Below are positions 57,508 through 64,000 of a stretch of DNA of 64,000 nt, in pieces. Under the pieces are notes generated by a model. That model worked only from the letters and a program-made list of their open reading frames with translations, was not told where the DNA came from and ran no database searches. The stretch spans positions 134,899-198,898 of the forward strand of contig PLZJ01000003.1 in assembly GCA_003152105.1 (NCBI GenBank), written 5' to 3'. The stretch is from Candidatus Levyibacteriota bacterium (GTDB lineage Bacteria; Patescibacteriota; Microgenomatia; Levybacterales; UBA12049). A program made the position numbers and the translations under genes. Position 1 is the stretch's first letter. Every line of letters starts with the position of its first letter.

Positions 57508-59187
57508 TTATTTTAACCAAAGAACTTGATATGGCATAATATGCATATCCTGTTCTGGAGAATGCTTAGTTCCTGTTAATATATCTACCTTATTTTTGTG
57601 TCCAAATATTTCAATTTTTTCTTTGGGTAATAGAATTTCTTCATCACTTACATTAATTATTGAAATTAGCGATTGACTCCCCTTATATCTTTTAATAGTA
57701 AATAATTTAGTATCCAGATCTAGTATTTCTTGGTCAGTAGTCGGATTAAATAATGGCTCGTTTGCTCTAACAGAGAGCAATTTTTTATACCTATTATATA
57801 CCGTGTGTCTTATTGATGAAGTATCATTTATTTCATCTGAAAGTGTTTGAAACAAAAATTTTTCCCTATTTATTGCCCGTGTATAACCTAACTTTTCTAC
57901 TCCTTCAGTCCAATTTGGTGATCCAAAAAAACTATTAAAATATATTCCTGGAACTCCTTGAAGTGCAACCATTGCAGCTTGACTAGCCATAAATTTATCT
58001 ATATTTTTACCCATTGCCTCAAAAAATACTATATTAAACTCATAGGGCTTTTCAGAACCATCTTCAGCTTTTCTGTACAAAATTTTGCCTCCTCGACTCG
58101 CGCAATATGCAACCAGTGATTGCATTTCTTTTTCTGAAATAAAATTATAAAGCGATAAAACCGGAATACCATCATGGGAAGCACTGAAGTTGAAGAAAGT
58201 TGCCTCATCTGATGGATTTTTTAATGTCTTTGCCCAGTTAGTTAATACACTGGCGTCTCCATTTATAAACGTATGAAGTAAAAGTGGTGGAAGTGCAAAA
58301 TTATAGACAAGTTGCGCTTCATCATTTCCGTTCCCAAAATAAGATATATTTTCGAGATGTGGTCTATTTTGTTCTGTAATTAGCCAAACATTCGGTGAAA
58401 CTTGATTTACTACTTCTCTAAATATTTTTATTATTTCGTGAGTTTGTGGTAAGTCGACTGAATAGGTACCCAGTTGCTTCCACATCATATGAACCGCATC
58501 CATCCGTATTAGTTTTGCTCCATTTTTAATGTAAAATAAAAAGACTTTTATCATTTCAAGTAGAACTTCTGGGTTTTCGAAATTAACATCTATCTGATCA
58601 GCAGAAAAAGTTGTCCAAACATATTTTTTACCAATTTTGGTTTCAAACGCGGTTAACAAAGGGTGCGCTCGAGGACGAAATACTTTTGATACATCGACTT
58701 CCTCATCAAATGCGATAAAAAAATTTACAAATTTACTATCTCCTTCAAGAAATTTTTTAAACCAAACACTCTTTTGTGAAATATGATTACATACAAAGTC
58801 ATACATTAAATCAAAATCAGTTGCAATCGCTCTAACGTCATCCCAAGATCCAAATTCATCTTTTACCTTATAATAATTTATTACAGAAAACCCATCGTCT
58901 GATGAGTAAGGATAAAAGGGTAAAAAATGTACTTTTGGAATACTTCCCTTAACATACTTATTGAGAAATGTATGCATTGTTTGAAAAGTTTTTTTATTCT
59001 CTTCATACACATGGTCTGCGTAACAAATAAGTACAGCATCTTTTTCTGAATACAGTGGGATAGATTTCTTAGGTGCCTTAAACTCTTTAGAAAATGCAGT
59101 GAGAATATGTTGCAGCTTTTTATTTATTTCTTCTCCTCGTTTAGGATATAAGAATTCAAGCTTTTCAATGAATACGTTATCTTTCAT
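57508..59187 (-). CDS. GH13_18 sugar phosphorylase (sucrose phosphorylase family, glucosylglycerate phosphorylase-like)
   Basis: HFLPFYPYSSDDGFSV, NHIS, RPR.HPLLT, WTTFS.DQID.N, RMDAV (nucleophile), ITE (acid/base), ASHDGI, PYE.N, R.INR. Confidence 0.9.
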   Translation of the reverse strand: MKDNVFIEKLEFLYPKRGEEINKKLQHILTAFSKEFKAPKKSIPLYSEKDAVLICYADHVYEENKKTFQTMHTFLNKYVKGSIPKVHFLPFYPYSSDDGFSVINYYKVKDEFGSWDDVRAIATDFDLMYDFVCNHISQKSVWFKKFLEGDSKFVNFFIAFDEEVDVSKVFRPRAHPLLTAFETKIGKKYVWTTFSADQIDVNFENPEVLLEMIKVFLFYIKNGAKLIRMDAVHMMWKQLGTYSVDLPQTHEIIKIFREVVNQVSPNVWLITEQNRPHLENISYFGNGNDEAQLVYNFALPPLLLHTFINGDASVLTNWAKTLKNPSDEATFFNFSASHDGIPVLSLYNFISEKEMQSLVAYCASRGGKILYRKAEDGSEKPYEFNIVFFEAMGKNIDKFMASQAAMVALQGVPGIYFNSFFGSPNWTEGVEKLGYTRAINREKFLFQTLSDEINDTSSIRHTVYNRYKKLLSVRANEPLFNPTTDQEILDLDTKLFTIKRYKGSQSLISIINVSDEEILLPKEKIEIFGHKNKVDILTGTKHSPEQDMHIMPYQVLWLK

Positions 59188-59217
59188 ATCTATCGATAAT
59201 AGTAAACAATTTGCCTG

Positions 59218-60549
59218 TTATGCTTCTGGTCTTTTCTTATCAACATTATAAAAACGAATTCTATCTCCACGAAACATTAAGTCAACTTCGCCCATTGGAC
59301 CATTTCTATGTTTTGCAATTAATACTTTTGTTTGAATGTTTGGTGTAATAATTTCTGTTTCTGGTCTATAGATAAACATAACCACATCAGCATCTTGTTC
59401 AATAGCACCACTTTCACGAAGATCTGATAACTGTGGCTTCTTATCTCCTCCACGACTTTCAACGCTTCGATTAAGTTGTGATACAGCAAGTACGGGAATT
59501 TTAAGTTCTCTTGCAATATTTTTCATGGCCTGTGAAACAACTGATACTTCTTGCGTTCGACTTTCAAATTTTCTTCCTGGGTCAACAAGCTGTAAATAAT
59601 CAACAATTAATAGACCAATATCTTGTTCAAGCTGTAAACGTCTTGCTTTTGTTCTAATTTCAGATATTGTAATACCTGGTGTATCATCAATAAAAATTGG
59701 CGCCTCAGCAAGTTCTCCCATTGCATCAGATAATTTTGTGAAATCATCTTCATTTAAATTTCCCGTTTTTAATTTCCACGCATCAACATCTGCTTGTCCA
59801 ACTAGTAACCTATCAACAAGCTCTTCTTGACTCATCTCAAGAGAAAATATTCCAACTGGTGCTTTTTCAACTACTGCAATATGCTGTGCAATATTAATTA
59901 CCATAGCTGTTTTTCCTTGTCCAGGTCTTGCAGCAAGAATAAGTAAATTTGATTTTTGCATTCCAGATAAAACGTTATCTAAATCAACAAATCCTGTTTT
60001 TATGCCTCTAAGTCCTGCACCTTTTTTATGTAATTCATCAATTCTGTCAAAGCTTTCTGCAAGTCCTTCTTTGATTGCGCGAAACCCTCTTTTTAGATTT
60101 TTTTGAGAAATTGAAAATATTAATGATTCAGCTTTATCTATAATTTCACTGGTTTCAACTTCCTCATCGAATCCATATTCGGCAATCTGTCCTCCAGAAT
60201 GAATTAGTTCTCGTCTACTCGATGTTTCCTTAACAAGCTTAGCGTATTGCTCAATATTTGCTGCAGTGGGAACACTATTAATAAGATCTTTTAAATAGTC
60301 CGATCCTACTTTATCTAGTTCTTTTCGTTTTTTTAAAAGTGTAGTGACAGTGATTAAATCAATTGGTTTGCTCTCCTCAGAAAGGGTTTTCATTGTATCG
60401 AAAAGGATCTCATGAGTCTTGGCATAAAAATCTGAGGGTTGAAGAATTTCAGATACTATATTAAAGGCGTCTTTTTCTATGAGGATTCCACCCAATACGC
60501 TTTTTTCCGCATCATCATTATGCGGTGGAATTTTTTGAATTGTTGGCAT
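59218..60549 (-). CDS. dnaB: replicative DNA helicase
   Basis: PPH..DAE.SVLG, AARPGQGKT, FSLEM, IVDYLQL, SQLNR, DLRESGAIEQDAD, KHRNGP. Confidence 0.98.
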   Translation of the reverse strand: MPTIQKIPPHNDDAEKSVLGGILIEKDAFNIVSEILQPSDFYAKTHEILFDTMKTLSEESKPIDLITVTTLLKKRKELDKVGSDYLKDLINSVPTAANIEQYAKLVKETSSRRELIHSGGQIAEYGFDEEVETSEIIDKAESLIFSISQKNLKRGFRAIKEGLAESFDRIDELHKKGAGLRGIKTGFVDLDNVLSGMQKSNLLILAARPGQGKTAMVINIAQHIAVVEKAPVGIFSLEMSQEELVDRLLVGQADVDAWKLKTGNLNEDDFTKLSDAMGELAEAPIFIDDTPGITISEIRTKARRLQLEQDIGLLIVDYLQLVDPGRKFESRTQEVSVVSQAMKNIARELKIPVLAVSQLNRSVESRGGDKKPQLSDLRESGAIEQDADVVMFIYRPETEIITPNIQTKVLIAKHRNGPMGEVDLMFRGDRIRFYNVDKKRPEA

Positions 60550-60551
60550 AA

Positions 60552-61079
60552 TTATCCAAGTAGTATTACTTCCATTTCAGCTGGAAATTTATCAGCGGCA
60601 GTTACAAATTTTGAAACTTTCGATTTTGTTCCTTTTCCAAGTCCCGAAGAAACTTCCTCTGCTTTTTCACCAAATAATACTGCAATTCTAGGTGAAAGTG
60701 ACAATAGTGAAGCAGGACTTGCAATCGTATCGCAGTTACAGAGTAATATCTCTGTATCTTTTTGCTTTCCATGAGCTTTTTCTAAGACGCTCGCTTTTCC
60801 AACAAGAATATCAACACCATCAAGTACAATGGCATAAAGTAATTGATCTCCATTACCAAATCCATTTATTTTTATTCCGCTTATTTCGTATTCACCAGGA
60901 CCAACGATTGATACACGACTTGATTTTTCAAGATCAGAAGAAAAATTTGATTCATCAGCTATTGCATAAAAAAGCATTGCATCTGCTGTAGTTTTAACTT
61001 TTTTAGTAGGCTCAATAACAATAGATCCGAGCTTTCCTTTTACTTTCACTGCATTATCTTCAAGCATGACAATTTCCAT
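60552..61079 (-). CDS. degenerate MBL-fold protein
   Basis: I.GPGEYEISGI.I.G signature, but no HxHxDH metal motif. Confidence 0.6.
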   Translation of the reverse strand: MEIVMLEDNAVKVKGKLGSIVIEPTKKVKTTADAMLFYAIADESNFSSDLEKSSRVSIVGPGEYEISGIKINGFGNGDQLLYAIVLDGVDILVGKASVLEKAHGKQKDTEILLCNCDTIASPASLLSLSPRIAVLFGEKAEEVSSGLGKGTKSKVSKFVTAADKFPAEMEVILLG

Positions 61080-61167
61080 GTCCCTATCCTATCACATGCG
61101 TACTTTTCTTGACAAGAAGCGACTTATGAATTATTATAAGAAATGATCTCTTCTGACCCACTTACAC

Positions 61168-61602
61168 ATGAAAACGGAAAAAGTTGTGCTCTCATTTGTG
61201 GCCGCATTATTTGGACTAATTGTCGCATTTGTAGTCTTTTATTTTTACCAAAGTTCAAAAGTAATACCGGTTACAAAAACAGTACTTTCCACGACAAATA
61301 AAATATCCAATCCTACCCCAACTCCAGATAAAAGTTTTTTCTTAACAGTAGATTCTCCTTCAGATGAATCAGTTACCACTAATAAAACAGTTGAGGTTAC
61401 CGGTAGAACCAGTCCAAGCGCAACAGTTACGGTACTTACGCCAACTAACCAACAAGTAGTGCAACCTTCCCAAACTGGCTCTTATTCATTGTCAACTACT
61501 ATTGGGGATGGGGCAAACGTTATTGAAGTTACGGCAATTTCTCCAGACGGAGAAGAAAAAATAGTAGCAAAAACAATAACATTTTCGACAGAGAGTTTTT
61601 AA
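61168..61602 (+). CDS. membrane-anchored Ig-like domain protein
   Basis: TM, PTPTP, L.V.SP.D.SV.....V.V.G.T.P.A.V, G.N.I.VTA. Confidence 0.75.
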   Translation: MKTEKVVLSFVAALFGLIVAFVVFYFYQSSKVIPVTKTVLSTTNKISNPTPTPDKSFFLTVDSPSDESVTTNKTVEVTGRTSPSATVTVLTPTNQQVVQPSQTGSYSLSTTIGDGANVIEVTAISPDGEEKIVAKTITFSTESF

Positions 61603-61605
61603 TAT

Positions 61606-62367
61606 ATGAAAAAAATACTATTACTACTTATTAGTTTTATACTACTAGTAACCACCCATGGACTGGTTAATGCACAAACTACAACCTCTACTCCTTCACC
61701 TACAAATTCAGTTACGACAACAGATATTAATAATCAAATCAATGAATTAAAAAATAGAATATCAAGTAAAGTTACTCAGTTAAAACTAGTCGAAAAAAGA
61801 GGATTTATGGGAACGGTTACTGATACATCTAGTACCCAATTAACCGTAACGGATGCTCATGGAAACGCAAGAATAATAGACGTTGATGAATTAACAAAAT
61901 TTGTAAGCGATTTACTGGGAACTACATTTGGCATTTCAGACATTAAAAAAGGTATGGAGCTAGAAATATTAGGTCTCTATAATAAAGATTCCCAGCATAC
62001 ATTGGCACGTGTCATTACCTATACTACAGAACCAGTGTATATACACGCTACGCTAACAAGCATTGATACAAAAGGAAGAAATTATTATGGAGAAACGTCT
62101 AATTCAAAACAGGTTCTAATTGATATTGAGAATAATTCAAATATATTTGCCTACACTAAATCAGGCGGTCTCGCAAAAGCATCTTTCTCTACGGGAGTTG
62201 TAGGATCACATGTAATAGCAAATGGGTATTATGACAAAAAGGATCCGACAAAGTTAGTAGTTACAAATATTATTATATTTTCAGAACTTCCTGCTGATCC
62301 ATCTATTCCCGTTAATCTTACACCTACAACACCTATTACTTCTTCCCCTACTCCAAGTAGCAAATAA
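61606..62367 (+). CDS. secreted hypothetical protein (possible OB-like repeats)
   Basis: Signal peptide ending VNA; coiled coil; G.VT......LTV.....I...T.F repeat. Confidence 0.65.
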   Translation: MKKILLLLISFILLVTTHGLVNAQTTTSTPSPTNSVTTTDINNQINELKNRISSKVTQLKLVEKRGFMGTVTDTSSTQLTVTDAHGNARIIDVDELTKFVSDLLGTTFGISDIKKGMELEILGLYNKDSQHTLARVITYTTEPVYIHATLTSIDTKGRNYYGETSNSKQVLIDIENNSNIFAYTKSGGLAKASFSTGVVGSHVIANGYYDKKDPTKLVVTNIIIFSELPADPSIPVNLTPTTPITSSPTPSSK

Positions 62368-62368
62368 C

Positions 62369-63457
62369 GTGCAAACTTATATCTCATTATTCGAAGCTCT
62401 TAAAAAAGAACCAATAGATGCTATCCTTGTTTCTTCATCTCAAAATATTATTTATATCACCGGCTATTCTAATTTTTCCAAAGTTGAGCGAGATGCTTTT
62501 TTATTAGTGAGCAAAAATAATATCTATATACTAACTAGTCCGCTTTATAAAGAGGCAGTAATGAAACTCATTCCATTTGCAACATATATTGAAATATCTT
62601 CAACATCACCATTACGTAATGCCTTCGAGAAAATCAAATCGAAAGAAAATATTGAAAAACTTGGAATAGAAACAAACAACATTACCGTATCAGAATATGT
62701 AATTCTTAAAAAACATTTTAAACTTAGTAATAGTAGTATCATAGAAATGCTTCGTCAATATAAAACGAAATATGAAATCGAAAAAATAAAAAAAGCATGC
62801 GCTATAGGTGACAAAGCTTTTTTATATATCTTAAAACAACTTCGTGTAGGAGTTACTGAAAAAGATATTGCATACCTACTAACAAATTATATTAGAAAAC
62901 TACATGCGGAAATTTCTTTTGAACCTATTATTGCGTTTGGTAAAAATAGTTCAGATATTCATCATCAACCAACAAATAGTAAATTAACTAAAAATAACTT
63001 TGTGCTATTTGATTTTGGCGTATCCTTTAAAAACTACTGCTCTGATATGAGTAGAACAATATTCTTTGGAATACCAAATGAAAAACAAAAAGAACTTTAC
63101 AATACTGTTTTACTTTCACAAAATCATGCAATTAAAACGCTCAAAACCCAAATTACCAAAGAAAATCATGTAAATGGTTCAGTAGTTGACCAAGCTGCAA
63201 GAGGTGTAATTTCAAAAACTAACTTTCCTCTATTTCCTCATGGTACGGGACATGGCATAGGACTTGCTGTGCATGAAAATCCTAGACTTTCACCAAAATC
63301 TACGAGCACATTAATAAATGGTATGGTCTTTACCATTGAACCAGGCATATATATTGAAGGTGAAGAAGGAGTTAGAATTGAAGATATGTTTGTGATTGTC
63401 AACAATAAGATATTACAACTTACCAAAAGCTCGCATGCATTTTTGTATAACGACTAA
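62369..63457 (+). CDS. Xaa-Pro aminopeptidase (M24B)
   Basis: SFEPI.AFG.NS..IHH, DFG.....YCSDMSRT, HGTGHGIGL.VHE.P, TIEPGIY, GVRIED. Confidence 0.94.
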   Translation: MQTYISLFEALKKEPIDAILVSSSQNIIYITGYSNFSKVERDAFLLVSKNNIYILTSPLYKEAVMKLIPFATYIEISSTSPLRNAFEKIKSKENIEKLGIETNNITVSEYVILKKHFKLSNSSIIEMLRQYKTKYEIEKIKKACAIGDKAFLYILKQLRVGVTEKDIAYLLTNYIRKLHAEISFEPIIAFGKNSSDIHHQPTNSKLTKNNFVLFDFGVSFKNYCSDMSRTIFFGIPNEKQKELYNTVLLSQNHAIKTLKTQITKENHVNGSVVDQAARGVISKTNFPLFPHGTGHGIGLAVHENPRLSPKSTSTLINGMVFTIEPGIYIEGEEGVRIEDMFVIVNNKILQLTKSSHAFLYND

Positions 63458-63502
63458 TATTCATCCTTGAATAATTAAGCTCAAGCTCTATATAATAATA
63501 GT

Positions 63503-64000
63503 ATGTTAAATGATCTAAAAAAAGATGTTAGTCTTATACGAATTCTCGTAATTTTACTAATTTTTGCAGTAATTGTTAATTTATGGACAACTCTTTGGTA
63601 CATTCTCGTTGATTTTTCAGATGTTCTTCTGGTACTTATCTTTTCTTGGCTTTTAAGTTTTATTTTAGAACCAATCGTTGAGTTTATATCAAAAGGTACG
63701 AAACTTTCTAAAGTATGGTCTGCTGTTTTAACATATGCTCTTTTTACACTTGTAATTTCCGTAGCAATTTATTTCTATATTCCTCCAATTGAAAATCAGA
63801 TATTTCGATTGCTACATGTTTTACCAGCTGAACTACAAGGAACTCCAAGCTTTATCACAAAATGGATCCTATCCTTTACAGGATCATTAGATACAATCCT
63901 TTCTGGCATACTATTTTATTTACCTTATATTGCTAATATACTCTTTCTATTTTTTATTACGCTTCTTATATCCTTTTACTTAGTTGTAGACAAAGCAAAT
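63503..64000 (+). CDS. AI-2E family transporter, N-terminal part (runs off the window end)
   Basis: Read by hand: MLNDLKKDVSLIRILVILL...FSDVLLVLIFSWLLSFILEPIVEF...SKVWSAVLTY; TTGAAT-18-TATAAT 6 nt before the ATG. Confidence 0.8.
   Translation, partial: MLNDLKKDVSLIRILVILLIFAVIVNLWTTLWYILVDFSDVLLVLIFSWLLSFILEPIVEFISKGTKLSKVWSAVLTYALFTLVISVAIYFYIPPIENQIFRLLHVLPAELQGTPSFITKWILSFTGSLDTILSGILFYLPYIANILFLFFITLLISFYLVVDKAN

Noticed and set aside
57378-59187. Integrative element at the tRNA-Leu 3' end
   Set aside because: No integrase and no duplicated tRNA 3' end seen; the phosphorylase gene follows dnaB by only 30 nt.
60552-61079. Active metallo-beta-lactamase or resistance gene
   Set aside because: The HxHxDH metal-binding motif is absent; only the fold signature remains.
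397-63426. Numerous 60-110 aa ORFs antisense to or nested within the called genes (e.g. 397-597, 1822-2109, 6547-6831, 23935-24228, 56142-56456, 60439-60774)
   Set aside because: They overlap well-supported CDSs, lack motifs and start signals, and look like antisense shadows.

Overview
AT-rich bacterial chromosome segment. Gene content and style (CxxC-x17-CxxC protein, many orphan ORFs, Pro/Thr-linker surface proteins, Arg-tipped EF-P, yebC-rluA-lgt-efp-pepA-tRNA-Leu-dnaB block, many near-leaderless starts) point to a Patescibacteria/CPR organism, probably Microgenomates (inference). Main parts: (1) 4.1-7.3 kb, a GH5-dockerin gene next to a cohesin-CBM gene; (2) 7.5-27.7 kb, a very AT-rich surface-glycosylation island of archaeal/Chloroflexi style (DUF1616, GT2/GT4s, GT2-DUF2206 fusion, flippase, PMT-like GT-C, CPBP) that also encodes an exosortase/archaeosortase, with a PEF-CTERM protein at its edge; (3) 28-32.5 kb, orphan genes; (4) 32.5-40.8 kb, the most striking locus: cydA-cydB-fgd-like-cofE-cofD-cofC plus a Ddn-type F420H2 reductase and a second F420 LLM. 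This suggests an F420-fed quinol/cytochrome bd oxygen-reducing chain built on salvaged Fo, since no Fo synthase is in the window; (5) a 330-nt multi-stem candidate ncRNA in a convergent intergenic gap at 48.4-48.8 kb; (6) 49-64 kb, housekeeping genes, tRNA-Leu(CAA) and a GH13_18 phosphorylase. All family calls come from motif recognition by eye; no database search was run.
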